64,000 bases of DNA from Hemiscyllium ocellatum (lineage: Eukaryota). Below, piece by piece: positions 41,339-53,846 of this stretch. Numbering within the stretch: the first letter of the stretch is position 1; each line of letters starts with the position of its first letter. The stretch lies in assembly GCF_020745735.1 (NCBI RefSeq), contig NC_083419.1, positions 2,976,001 through 3,040,000 on the forward strand, written 5' to 3'. The notes beneath the pieces were generated by a model. That model saw nothing but the letters and a program-made list of their open reading frames with translations, was not told where the DNA came from and made no database searches. The position numbers and the translations under genes are program-made.

Positions 41339-41766
41339 AGGGATAGCAGGCAGTCCTAACCAATAATCCCTGCAACGCTCGCCCCTTCAGTGCAGAGGAC
41401 GGTATGGATCAGTTCTGATTGTGCTGTCATATAGTTTTATCACAAAGTGGAGCACAGGAGAATTTTAGTTTTATACAGTGAGTTGTTGCCTGCAAGTGAG
41501 GGAGACGCTGATCCCAGAACAACTTTGAAAAAGGAACTGGATAAATTATTGAAGGAAAGAATCCACAGGGCCGTGGAGGAATGAAATTCGTTGAACAATT
41601 GTTTTCTTAAATTGCCAGCAATGGCACCATGGATCAAATGGCCTCCTTTGTGCTTAATGACTGAACTGAAGACCATGAGGACGAAGCAGAGGGGGAAATG
41701 GTTCATTTTGTTGGAAGGATCAAGAATGAAGTAGCACAGAGTTAAGGACTGGCAGCAGAAGCAATA

Positions 41767-42192
41767 TTGATGTGTTTCATTCCAAAGGCAGTACCATGGG
41801 GAGTGCAGCACGCCGCAGTCATGGAATGGGATTGTTACCGGGGGCTTTGCAGTGGAATTCAGAATCCTCTGACACAGGAGTACCCAGTGAACCCAGACGG
41901 GCACTGCTCCATGACCTGCACTTTGCAGGCGGTGTGCCAAGGTGTGGTCAACATTTGATCCAAGAGAGTGAACCTGTCCTGGATGGATATCTGGACAGAC
42001 AGAGCATGGCTCCTCAGAGAGACAATTGCACTGACTTTTGAAGAGATGGAGCATTTGATGAGAATTCGATTTTTGGACCAGCGGCTGAATGCAGAGTTCC
42101 CTTTGCTGGCCCTGCACAATGGGATAATCAACTGGAAACAACTGAACAGAATGGACTTGGACAAGAGCCCAGTTGGAAGAGCGAGAGGGTAA
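41767..42192 (+). pseudogene. Probable decayed PIF/Harbinger-type DDE transposase fragment
   Basis: One frame with a single stop gives, in the expected order, AVMEWDC, YPVNPDGHCSM..LQAVC, AWLL, ETIAL, MRIRFLD and ALHN, resembling Harbinger motifs (G.IDC, NRKG.HS...Q.VCD, WLMTP, E.TIG.LKMRFRCLD, ALHN). Confidence 0.45.
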
Positions 42193-45100
42193 TCAAGTCT
42201 GCAGCAAGTTCAACAAATCATGTTTTTCTTTTGTTTAAAAATATATATGCCCTACACAGTATCAGGGGCTCGGCTCCAAGTCAGTAGTTGCCAGACCCTG
42301 ATGAAATACACAGGCCTTTATCTGGCACTGCACCTTTGAGACGGTAACAGAGCAACAGGAGGCCATTCACTCCCTCAAGCCTGGCCCAAGGCTCAATGGG
42401 ATCATGACACATTAAGTCCATTGAACTAATCGCTACATTCCTGGATTGTCTTTCCCAACATTCATACCCGATAAAAACGCACTGATCTAACTTCCAACAT
42501 TTTGCCAGTGTCCATAAGGAAGGAGATGGTGAAGCAGTGGTTTTTGGTATTTTTGGGGAAGGGGAGCTAAGTTTTCAATAGTTATCGAGCACAGAAACAG
42601 ACCGTTTGGTTTAACCAGTCCATGGTGCCAATAATCCCAAACAAAATAGTCTGACCTGCCTGCTCCTGGCTCACATCTCTCCAAACCTTTCTTATTCATG
42701 TCAATGTACTTGTCGGAGTGTCTTTTAAACGCTGTAACTGTGATTGCATCTGTCCCAACATTGGCCATCATTCACACCAATAGCAACCTCCTGCTAGACA
42801 CAATGGAAATATCCTACCTTGATATCCAATGCCATTTCTGTCACTGAATCTTCAACTACCAACATCCTGGAGGTCACCACTGACCAGAGACGGTACTGTA
42901 CCTGCACTGCCCATAGAAATACTGAATGCAGCTCCAAAAACCTTCATGAAACTTGACACCATCCAGGAAATGCAGCAGTCTTGATTGGCCCCACATCCAC
43001 AAACATCCCCTCCCTCCACCACCGACACTCAGTAGCAGCAGTGTGTACTATCTACAAGATGTGTTGCAGAAATTCACCACAGATCCTCAGACAGCACCTT
43101 CCAAACCAAAACAACCACTTCCATTGAGAAGGACAAAGGCAGCAAATACATGAGAACAGCACCCCCTACAAGTTCCCTTCCAGGCCATTCACCATCCTGA
43201 CCTGGAAATATATCCTTTGATGTCACTGGGTCAGAATGCTGGGATTCCCTCTCCAAGGGCATTGCGGGTCCACCTAACAACAAAGACTGTTCACCACCAC
43301 ATTCTCTTGAACGAATGGGAGAGGGGATTGTGAAACGGTAATGCCTCTGGGTGAGTAATCCAGAATCCCGGGCTAATGTTCTGGATTCACAAGTTCAAAT
43401 CCCACCATAGCAGAGGGTGAATTCGTTAAAAATCTGGAATAAAAAGCCAACCCAAAAAAATCAAGCCCAAGACCCCTGCTGGATACCCCAAAACCAGCTC
43501 ATTAACACCCCTGAGGGAAGGGAATTACCATGCTTACCCCATCTGGCCTACATGTGACTCCAGACCCATAGCAATGGGGTTGATTCTGAATTTAGGGATG
43601 ACTCAGTTGGCAACACCCACATTTCATAAATGATTTTTCGAGAATAAAAGATGGGCAACAATTAAGAACGCAGGGTGAGCAAAGGAGAGCAAGAGCTTGA
43701 CACCAAGTTGGAAAAGATCAGCTACAAACTTCAAGCAGCCTGTTTGCAGAGTTTCCCAAAGAGAGCTCACTGGGTCAGAGGCAGAAGCGGACACCTTGCA
43801 CTCTGGATGAAGCTACAACAGCAAAGGACAGAGACCTGCTCCCTCTGACGGGTCGAGATCATTTTCCAGCATCAATGTGGAGTCGCAGTGGGAAATAAAT
43901 TTGGGAACCACTGCTTTAATGGCAGGAGCGCTGTTAGTTAAAATAATGGGAGGGAGCCAAAGTCAAACATTTAAACTTGATGACAAGGACTTTGTAGTCA
44001 ATCTGAAATATCAACTGTTCATTACATTTAAACTTGCCTTGGATGGAATTTCTAACTTTATCACTGCTATTTGGGACAGAACCCTGTGCAACGCTCAATC
44101 AGACTGAAGAATTATTACTGAGCTGCACAGAATCTGAACCAGGTATCATCAGTTTAAATATATCAAGGTCAAATCAGTTTCAGAGTATGAAAGAAAAGGG
44201 AATAGAGTTGGATTGAGAGATAAAAAAAACAGAAAAAAGTTTGCAACAGCTTTTCAGAAATGTCCAATGGCATGGCACTCTACACTAAAAATTAGTTCTT
44301 AGTATCAGAGTTTGTCAGTAATTAAAATTGACCGACACTGAAATGGACAAGTCCTCATTTCTATTTCATCATTGTTCCAGTTCTGAGGAAGAGTCACTTG
44401 ACTGGAAACATTAACTCTGATTTCTCTCCACAGATACTGTCAGACCTGCTGAGCTTTTCCAGCAATTCCTGTTTTTGATTCTCAGTTCTCTTAGTAAATT
44501 TATTGATTAGTGATCACTTAAGTGCAGTAACGTAATTCCATTCCGCGTGCTTCAATCACTATTGCTGCACAGCAGCACTGCATCATGAAGCTGCTAAAGG
44601 TAAGAGAACCCTGCAGCTCTAGAGTTTACTGGGAGGTGAAATGTCGTTTTTCCAAAGCAAAGAAAATATTATGTGGTCAAAGAAAATGTACTGGACTACC
44701 AAAATAATGAGCCATGTTCCCTCCCTCATTTGGTTAATATGCTAAATTCTCTGAAACATCAATGCACAGTCTCCACTGCATTAACTTAGACAGCAGCCAA
44801 CAAACATTACTGCATCCAAACACGGACTGAAAAAAATCAACAGACTAATGGTCCTCACACGTCACCATGACAATATGTAATTATGTCAGACAAGGTGCAA
44901 CTAGCTTTCATTTGATTTTACGCTGCTGCCTCACCCTAGCCTAAGGGCAAGCAGACAGTTCCATTAGTAACAGCTATAACTCTCAGATTTACAAACTGGG
45001 CTCACTTTCCCAGTTTTATATGATGGAGTGAAGAGGATAACGTTTACATTAAGAGGGAACATGTTGTGCACGTCGATTTATGCTGCGAACCAAGAGGATA

Positions 45101-47025
45101 AGGGCCAGCAGCTGAGAAACAAAATAAAAGCCATCAAACTGGCTTCTTCCATCCTGGTCGTCACATGATCCAACCAGACCAGAACTGTTCAATCACCCTG
45201 GAGTCCACGGGCTCACATCCAACATGAAACTGGTAGCTGGGTGTAAAGGTCTAGACACCATCTTAAACTCAGGGTCAGGCTTTATCCCTCAAACACACAT
45301 CACTAAACAGTTTAGAGGAGCTTTCTGTGTGTAAATTGGCAATTATCTGTGCTATTTTTCAACAGGGACTGCATTTCAAATGTCCTATGAAATGTTTTGG
45401 GACACAGAGGTGCTATACAAATTCAGGTCTCTTCTTTATCGGGACAATCATTAAATGAACCTTTTGCACTCTAACTGCTGTCCACCTTATGGCAGAGAGA
45501 AGGAACTAACTGACCGAAATAATATTCACCTTGCCTCTTCACACAGGGGGTGCAGTGACCTGGACCTGACTCGTCAGCACTGTAGAAGGAACCACTGTTT
45601 TTCTAGTCTCCAGTTGGCAGGGTGTTGAATGGGAATCAGGTCACATCCATGTCCATTGTCAGTGCCTTTTTGAATAAATTGTCCTCGATGCCTCCATCAG
45701 TCTCTCTCTGCATTGCTTCCCTGATCAAGAACCACTCAGTCCATTTTCACCAATATGTCCAGCTCAGGAAAAACAGAACCAACGAGGAATTGGCAACAAC
45801 TGACTCCGTATCTGAAGGAATAATTACCAACGTTGCTCAGTCCAACCTACGAGATCAGGGTTAGTTCAGTAAGTAATGCTGGATCTCTCAAAGAGCAGAC
45901 AATTCATCAGGCATTTCCACGTCATGCTGTTGAAACCTCTCTCCACGTGCAGCACAGAGTCACACAGCACAAACCACCCAGCAAAGGGTCAGTTATCAAC
46001 TCTGCAGGCTTCCAACTCCAGCACCGAATCTGATATCATCAGAGCTGCTAAACTGCCATTAGCAAACCAGATGGGCTATCCTTCTGGAATGTTCTATTCA
46101 GTATCAGAACGCTCAGCAATGGACTACAACTTCAGTGTCAACAAGTAACTTCCCACCGGCCAAATTACCTACTTCTATTGATGGTCACACCACTAAGTCA
46201 AATGGAGGGAAAGAAATAGGTGAACGTGACAAGTCCAATGACTCTTCTTCAGACCCTTCACTGGACTGGAATCGTTAACTCTGCTATCTCTCCACAGATG
46301 CTGCCAAATCTGCTTTTGTTCTGGATAGACTGCAGTTATTTTCCGCGGAACAGAGGCATTATTGCAAAGTATCGATGACGTGGGGGAGATCAATGACAAG
46401 GGGACATGGATTTAAGGTTCGGGTCAGAACACTCACAGGGGATGAGTGGAAATTTCTTTTCACCCAGAGGGTGATGGGAATCTGGAACTCTCTGCCTGTA
46501 CAAAAGGTGGGAGACACAGAAACCCCCATCACATATCAGACGTGCACTTACAATACTAAGGCACACTAAGTTATGGGCGAAGGCCAGGGAAATAGGAGGA
46601 GAAGAGTCAGGTGTTTTTGAGCTGTGCCGAAGGGGTCTTTTCCTGTGCTATCAACCTCGACTTTAATCCAATATCACAAAAGGCACACCAATACCCTTTT
46701 TGCCAATTGTACACTGCTTTTCTCAAAATGGATGCAAACATTGCAAGACTGCAATAATTTTTTATTCCTAACCAGACAGTGTTAACTCCAGGATATAATT
46801 GAGGCGCTATAGTCAGCCATGTATAACTCTCTCACATAAGTCACATAAATGGTGAACAATGTGAACAAACCCAATCTACAGTAATTCTTAATCCAAACTA
46901 CAACACCACAAAGGAAGATTATTTTGGGAACCAGTTACAGGGGCAACAAAATGACCACAAAGTAAAAAGGCAACTGAATAAAGATCTGGTGATTATGATT
47001 CAAACGATGTGAAGAATATAATCTC

Positions 47026-47277
47026 TGATTTGGAGATGCCAGTGTTTGACTGGGGTGGACAAAGTTAAAAATCTCACAACACCAGGTTATAGTCCAACAG
47101 GTTTATTTGGAAGCACTAGCTTTCAGAGCGCTGCTCCTTCATCAGATAGTTGTGGAGAATAAGATCATCTCACAACCTTATTCTCCACAACCACCTGATG
47201 AAGGAGCAGCGATCTGAAAGCTAGTGCTTCCAAATAAACCTGTTGGACTATAACCTGGTGTTGTGAGATTTTTAACG
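47026..47277. mobile_element. PLE family-B palindrome with a hammerhead motif on each strand, 10-bp TSD
   Basis: Plus strand cac-CTGATGA-A-ggagc agc gatct-GAAA-G-CTA-gtg (about 47192-47226), mirror copy at about 47114-47146. TSD atataatctc at 47016-47025 and 47278-47287. Confidence 0.88.
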
Positions 47278-47984
47278 ATATAATCTCGAGCCAAGGAGTC
47301 AATCGTTAAAATGCACTGTGTCACATGTATAGAATGAGAAAATTTACCAAAATTTTTCAGTCTAAAATAAATTAATGACAACTTAGAAGAATTCCCCATG
47401 CACTAAAGTACACGGAATGGTGACTGAATCCTACAGCGCTTTCCACAAAAGAGATCAGTAAGGATGATAAAATCCTCAACATCCAAGTTATAACATAGAT
47501 ACGATGCAACATTGCATTATCTAACTACTATTTAATCCAAATAAACCAAACTGCTTTAATAAATCTGAATGAAACAACGTGAATCATACCAATGTGAATT
47601 TAAAATTAAATAAATTGGGAAAACTCACCAATTCTCAACCATGGTTTAACAATTACATTAAATTCAGACTTATGCTCCAGTGCAGCACAAAGGGAAAATG
47701 ACACATAGGAACCAGGAGTAGGCCATTCAGCCCCTCTAATCTGTTCCACCATTCAATGGGGTAATGGCCGATCTGTGGCCTAACTCATTTACCCACCTTT
47801 GGTGCATATCCTTTAGTATCTTTGCTGAACAAAATTACTCCTCAAGGGGTTCTCTCTTAGAAACCCACCTGCCCTCTCGGATGGATGACAGCTGTCTGTG
47901 GCCTCCGGGCCAATACTTATTCAATGACAGAGCAGGGTCCAGGAGCTGACTGTCCTCCTCCTGCTGCTGGTTTTTAAAGAGTCA

Positions 47985-48345
47985 GGTCATAGGCATGGAA
48001 ACAGACCCTACAGTCATGCTGACTATATTCCCAAATGAAACTAGTCCCACCTGCCTGCATTTGGCACATATCCCTCCAAACTTTTCCTATCCATGTACTT
48101 ATCTAAGTGCTACTTAACTCTTGTAACTGTAACGGTATCAAACACTTGCTCTAGCAGTTCATTCCACAAACAAACCACTCAATGCATTAAGTGGCTTTCT
48201 ATCCTCACAAATACTGAGTTTCTCCAGCACATCTGTCTCTCATGTCCTCTTTAAATCTTTCTCCTCTCACCTTAAAAATATGCCCCAAGGGAAAAGACCG
48301 TTATGGTTCACCTCATCCATGCCCCTCATGATTTTATAAACCTCA
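47985..48345 (-). mobile_element. CR1 3' fragment (others: 5870-6160, 16263-16390, 42575-42750 on minus; 46375-46660, 59303-59583 on plus)
   Basis: Shared CR1/HER1 3' tail sequence. Confidence 0.75.
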
Positions 48346-50269
48346 GCTCCTCAAAGCTACTGTCACATAAGGACCCCACTGCGCACAAACTGGTTGTCCA
48401 ATTTCTCACATTACAGCAGCAGCAATACCAACTCAGAGAAAACCCATTTGGCCTTAAATTGGGTCGGGGTGCCTCAAGGCCTGGATAATTCTGATGATGT
48501 TTTCTCTGCTTCAACTTGAAGCAACACTGAGTAAAAGACCAGACCACATGGTGGTCCAATCCATAGCAGCCGATGTTTCAGCAACATCTGTGCCGATCTC
48601 AGAGTGGCCACCACTCACTATGCCATCAGGCAGGAATGAAAAACTACCAGAATGCTTGGAGGTATCCCGCTACATTTATAATTAGACAAACAAGCCTGGG
48701 TCTGCTTTGTAAAGTATTGCCCTGTCAAGGTGGCATAACAGGAACTTTGTCACATCATTCATTTCCATCAACGATATTTTTGTGTGCACACATGTATACC
48801 TCAAGACTCCAATTATACAACAGTAAACAACATACAAAATTCATTGCCCCAACATCGCTGGCCCCCTCCACTCACCCAAACAAACACCATTACAAAGAAA
48901 TTACTTTTGATAATCAAGAATATTAAAAGTTTTGATGTCAAATTCTCACAACAGTTCAATCAGTTACACATTTTCCCTTTGAAATAAAATTTTACAAAGT
49001 CTAACACGGATTTTGTTCCTTTTTGTTTTAGGCTGAGTTTATACGATGGGACGGATAAAAGTTAATGCCGTCCGGGAGATGGAGATAAACCCAGTTGGGA
49101 TTATCCAGCTGTTTCAGGCCTTCCCTGTGTACACACAGAAATTTTAACATTTTAATGGTTTGGATAGTCCCTACCCCACCCCAAATTAAACAAAAAAAAA
49201 CTCGTACAGATAGAAGAGAGAGAGGTTGGTTACATCAGTGGGTGAAACACATTCACTTCAACATCAACAGCAGTTGCAAATGATCAAGTCAAATCCTCCA
49301 CCATGGTACCTAGTCTTAGGGGTCGCCTTTAGCCTTTCAAAAATCTCATTGCAGATTCAACAAACGAGAGAAACAGACCCTTAACTTGGAACATGAAAAT
49401 ATAAAACTCTATAGAATAAACATGCAATAGATGAACCTCAGGATACAGCAAAGCATTTACCAGCCAATGAGATCCTCTTTCAAGTACAGTCATTGCCGTA
49501 ACATAGGAAGCATGGTCGCCTGTTTGCACGTAGCAAGGTCCCACAAATAGTTACATTATACGCCATGGCTCGATTTACTTATAAAAGGCTCAGCAATCCC
49601 ATGTGACATTTGATGCAGGGACACAGGCTTAGGGAGCCCAATTGAAATCAAGATCAATTGAACAAGTGGAATTTAATCTATGTTTTAAGCTGCATATATT
49701 CATTCCTTCCTGTTATACTATTACAGAACCTGAGGAAAACACGTGGAATACATTCTTATTCATACATTAACGGGTTTCAGAGCACCTTCCTAAAAGAAAC
49801 TGGATAGCCACTTGAATTTAGCAGCAAAAGGGGTGGGGAGTGGGGATGACAACTTTTAACAAGAGCTAGTATGCAGATGACAGACTAAATGGCCTCACTG
49901 CAGTCTATGATGATGCAGCTGATACACAACAAGGTCTCGTGTGGATTTGAATATCAGGATAATGATGACCGGGGGTGGGTGAGAAGGACAAGGGAGTGGG
50001 AAAATGAGGAGAATGGGAGTGTGGGATGGTGTGGTGGTAAGGAAGTGAGGTGCTGAGCACTTGGAGGTGGGAACAGGGAGAGGGAATGAGAGAGGGGTGG
50101 AAAAAAGGGATGAGGGGTGAAGGGCAGTGAGAGGGTACCACAAGGGAGGACGCCAGGGGGTACCAGGAAGGGAGGAGTGAAGAGAGTAAGGGGATTGAGG
50201 GAGTACCAGACAGGAGGGGGGTACCACCAGAAGGGAAGGAAGTGAGCGAGTAGTCGAAGCAGTGAAGGA

Positions 50270-51052
50270 GTGAGGGTGTGACACAGGGAGGGGTGAGGGG
50301 GTGACACGGAGGGATGAGGGGGTTGCATGGGGAGGGGGTGAGGGGGTGAAGAGTGAGACACGGGGAGGGATGAGTGTGAGACACGGGGAGGGATGAGGGG
50401 GTGGAGAGTGTGACACGGGGAGGGATGAGGGAGTGACACGGGGAGGGATGAGGGAGTGACACGGGGAGGGATGAGGGAGTGACACGGGGAGGGATGAGGG
50501 GGTGAAGGGGGTACACGGGGAGGGATGAGGAGGTGGAGAGTGTGACACAGGGAGGGATGAGGGGGTGAAGGGGGTACACGGGGAGGGATGAGGGAGTGAC
50601 ACGGGGAGGGATGAGGGGGTGAAGAGTGAGACATGGGGAGGGATGAGGGAGTGACACGGGGAGGGATGAGGGGGTGAGGAGTGAGACACGGGGAGGGATG
50701 AGGGGGTGGAGAGTGAGACACGGGGAGGGATGAGGGGGTGGAGAGTGTGACACGGGGAGGGATGAGGGGGTGGAGAGTGTGACACGGGGAGGGATGAGGG
50801 AGTGACACGGGGAGGGATGAGGGGGTGGAGAGTGTGACACGGGGAGGGATGAGGGGGTGGAGAGTGTGACACGGGGAGGGATGAGGGGGTGGAGAGTGTG
50901 ACACGGGGAGGGATGAGGGGGTGAAGGGGGTACATTGGGGAGGGGGGAGGGATGAGGGGGTGGAGAGTGCGACACGGGGAGGGATGAGGGAGTGACACGG
51001 GGAGGGATGAGGGGGTGACATGGGGAGGGATGAGGGGGTGAGGGTGAGGGGG
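50270..51052. repeat. G-rich minisatellite (interspersed ~23 and ~32 bp units, core GACACGGGGAGGGATGAGGG)
   Basis: Directly visible tandem array of more than 20 units, starting just after the splice donor and degenerating toward 49960. Confidence 0.95.
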
Positions 51053-51068
51053 TGAGCCAGCTGCCTAC

Positions 51069-51575
51069 CTCAGTGGATGGGATGTTGACCACTCCTGTAG
51101 ACCTCCTCTTCTCCCTGAGCTTCCTCTTCTCGATCTGCCCTTTGCCCTTCCTGGCGCTGGGCCCGGAGCTCTTACCCTTCTCTTTGATCTTGCTGCTGGC
51201 GGGAGGTGACGCCGAGGAAGCGGCGGGAGCGGCGGACGGACTCTCCGCCTCCACCTCGTCCGCCGCCGGGTTCCTGGCTCCGCTCTCGCTGCCTTTGGTG
51301 GCGCCGCTCCCGTCCTCGTCCGGCCGCTTGTTGATGGGAGGGACACTCCTGGCGGCCGCTCGCTCCCGGTCCCCGGCGCTACCGCCGCCGTTGTTGTTGT
51401 TGTTGTTGCTGAGCTCGGCGGCGGGCGGCGGGGCACCGTTCCGGTTCGGGCCGCTCTCGGCGGAGTTAGCGCCGGTTGCTGCGGCGAACCGGGCTCGCAT
51501 CTTCTCCCGCTTGGCTTTCCATTCCTCCAGGAAGTCGGTGGTATTCCCGGGAGGTCGGTAACCGCCGCTCGCCAT
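51069..51575 (-). CDS. PAWR: PRKC apoptosis WT1 regulator (Par-4), first coding exon (169 aa, N-terminal half)
   Basis: Translation MASGGYRPPGNTTDFLEEWKAKREKMRAR...EKGKSSGPSARKGKGQIEKRKLREKRRSTGVVNIPSTE matches the hallmark Par-4 N-terminus, NLS2 and the RRST PKA site. ATG at 51575 is in a strong Kozak context (gcgATGG). The exon ends GAG|GTAGGC at 51069/51068, phase 0, where the mammalian exon ends (VVNIPAAE|). Confidence 0.96.
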
Positions 51576-51769
51576 CGCCAAACCCCAGAGACACCGAGAG
51601 AGAGAGAGGATTACAACAAACTCTCCCCAGGGGAGAACACTCCTCTCTCTCCACAACAACAACAACTCTAGTCCGGGGCGCCTTTTGTTTCTCAAGCCTT
51701 CAGAGAGAGAGAGAACCCCCCCAGAAATAAATCCTCAGGTGCGGGGAGGGAGAAGGAATCCCGGGAAAG
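51576..51769 (-). other. PAWR: Putative 5'UTR part of the first coding exon, with a candidate acceptor at 51771-51770
   Basis: Minus strand reads tctttgttttgttccgtgttttccag|cttt, a polypyrimidine tract plus CAG. Confidence 0.45.
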
Positions 51770-52134
51770 CTGGAAAACACGGAACAAAACAAAGATAGCA
51801 ACTTTTACAAACTTTGTCAAACTTTTCAGAAAGTTCATTCAACTTTTCGCCAACTTCCCAAACTCGGCTCAAAGTCTCTCCCCGTTCCCCCCCAGCGCCC
51901 TGGGACAGCTCCGTACCTGCAGCCGGCTCCCTCCCCCTACCCCCCGGGGCCCAGGTGACTACTGTCCGTCGGTTCTCCCCCCCCCCGGGGGCTCCCGGTT
52001 CCCTCCCCTAGCCCCGGCCCACTGCCCGCAAAGACCTGCCGCCGGCAGCGATGAAATCCCAGAGCGCAGCCGCACCGTCCCCTCCCCCACCCCGGGGGGC
52101 GGGGGGGATCCCCTCCCTCCACCCGGTACCTGCA

Positions 52135-52690
52135 GAGACCCAGACAGACAGACACACACACACACACAGAGACAGACAGACAGAGAGGTACCTCAGATCA
52201 TGAGAACAGCAGCAGCAGCAGTGTCCCTCCTCCCTTGTACCTGCACAGCCCGACACTGAGACCGGGGGGTGGGAAACTGCTCCTGCTCACAATGTTCTTC
52301 CACCTCCTACCTGCAGGGGAGGGGAGAGAGAGAGAGAGAAACACAAAGAGAGAGGCAGAGGGAAAAAGACAAGAGAGGAAGAGACAGAGGGGAACGTAAA
52401 GACAGAAAAAGACATGCACAAAATGAGAGTTTAGAGAGAGAGAAAAAAAACACAGCCAGAAACACAGAAAAAGATATGAAAACAGAGACACAAACAGAAA
52501 TAAAGACAAAGACAGAAACAGAGGCAGGAACAGGGACCAAAACAGACACAAAGTAAGAGATAAACCAAACAGACACAGAGGCAAAAACAGAGACAGTGAG
52601 ACAGGGACACACACACACGGACACATACACATACATAGATACATGAAGACACAGATAAACACAAGCACAGAGCTAGAAGCACAGATATAT
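52135..52690. repeat. Purine-rich low-complexity (GA/CA/GACA) region
   Basis: Directly visible. Confidence 0.85.
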
Positions 52691-53559
52691 AATCATAGGT
52701 TCCCTTAAGAGTGGAAGCAGACCATTCAGCCCATCAAGTCCACACTGACACGCTGTAAAGCATCTCACACCCCATCTTTGAATCCATATATTTCTAATGG
52801 CCAATCCACCTAACCTGCACAGAGATAGACAGCACAGAAACAGACCCTTCGGTAAAACTCAGCCATGCCAACCAGATACCTCATTAATCTAGTCCCAAAT
52901 TGCCAACACCCAGCCCACATCCCTCTAAACCCTTTCTCCTGAAATACCCATCCAGATGGCTTTTAAATGCTGTAATTGTACCAGCCTCCACCACTTCCTC
53001 TGGCAGCTCATTCCACACACGTACCACCCTGTGTGAAAATGTTGCCTCTTGGGTCCCTTTTAAATCTTTCCTCTCTCACCATAAACCCATGCCCTCTAGC
53101 CTTGGACTAGCCCACCCCAGGGAAAAGAGCTTGACTGTTTACCCTATCCATGCCCCTCAATTTTGTAATCCTCAATAAGGTTAACCCTCAGCCTACGATG
53201 CTCCAGGGAAAACAGCCCCAGCCTGTTCAGCCTCTCCCTGTAGCTCAAATCCTCCAACCCTGGCAATATCCTTGTAAATCTTTTCTGAACCCTTTCAAGT
53301 TTCACAACATCCTTCCAATAAGAAGACGACCAGAAATGCATGCAATATTCCAACAGTGGCTTAACCAATGTCCTGTACAGCCGCAACATGACCTCTCAAC
53401 TCTTGTACTCAATACTCTGACCAATAATGGAAAGCATACCAAACACTGCCTTCACTATCCTATCTACCTGTGACTCCACTTTCAAGGAGCTATGAACCTG
53501 CACTCCAAGGTCTCTTTGTTCAGCAACACTCCCTCAGACCTTACCATTAAGTGTATAAG

Positions 53560-53846
53560 CTGAAAATGTGTTGCTGGTTAAAGCACAGCAGGTTAGGCAG
53601 CATCCAAGGAACAGGAAATTTGACGTTTTGGGCCAGAGCCATTCATCAGGAAAGAGCTTGACTATTTACCCTATCCATGCCCCTCAATTTTGTAAGCCTC
53701 TATAAGGTTAACCCTCAGCCTACGATGAAGGGCTCTGGCCCGAAACGTCGAATTCCCTATTCCTTGGATGCTGCCTAACCTGCTGTGCTTTAACCGGCAA
53801 CACATTTTCAGCTCTGATCTCCAGCATCTGCAGACCTCACTTTTTA
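53560..53846. mobile_element. PLE palindromic insertion, perfect 15-bp TSD, loop filled with copied neighbouring DNA
   Basis: TSD cattaagtgtataag at 53545-53559 and 53847-53861. Centre 53647-53727 duplicates 53118-53200. Confidence 0.92.

Larger units (their letters stand above)
1..51068 (-). other. PAWR: PAWR intron following the first coding exon (continues beyond the window start)
   Basis: GT donor at 51068. No sequence encoding the expected next-exon peptide (about LDEYEDDEAGQKERKREDAITQQNT) was seen in the ORF track or by eye. The region is TE-dominated. Confidence 0.75.
51050..52135. promoter_or_regulatory. CpG island over the PAWR 5' end / putative promoter
   Basis: Very high GC and CpG density against a CpG-depleted background. 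GC-box-like GGGGCGGGG near 52096. Confidence 0.8.

Noticed and set aside
50270-51052. CRISPR-like repeat/spacer array
   Set aside because: There are no unique spacers, the units are variants of each other, the context is eukaryotic and no cas genes are present.
51052-51561. 169-aa antisense ORF over the PAWR exon
   Set aside because: Expected shadow ORF of a GC-rich coding exon, with no independent evidence.
49905-51695. 596-aa ORF as a complete single-exon protein
   Set aside because: It begins at a non-ATG codon upstream of the conserved Met, and Par-4 similarity stops at a canonical donor. The remainder is minisatellite read-through.
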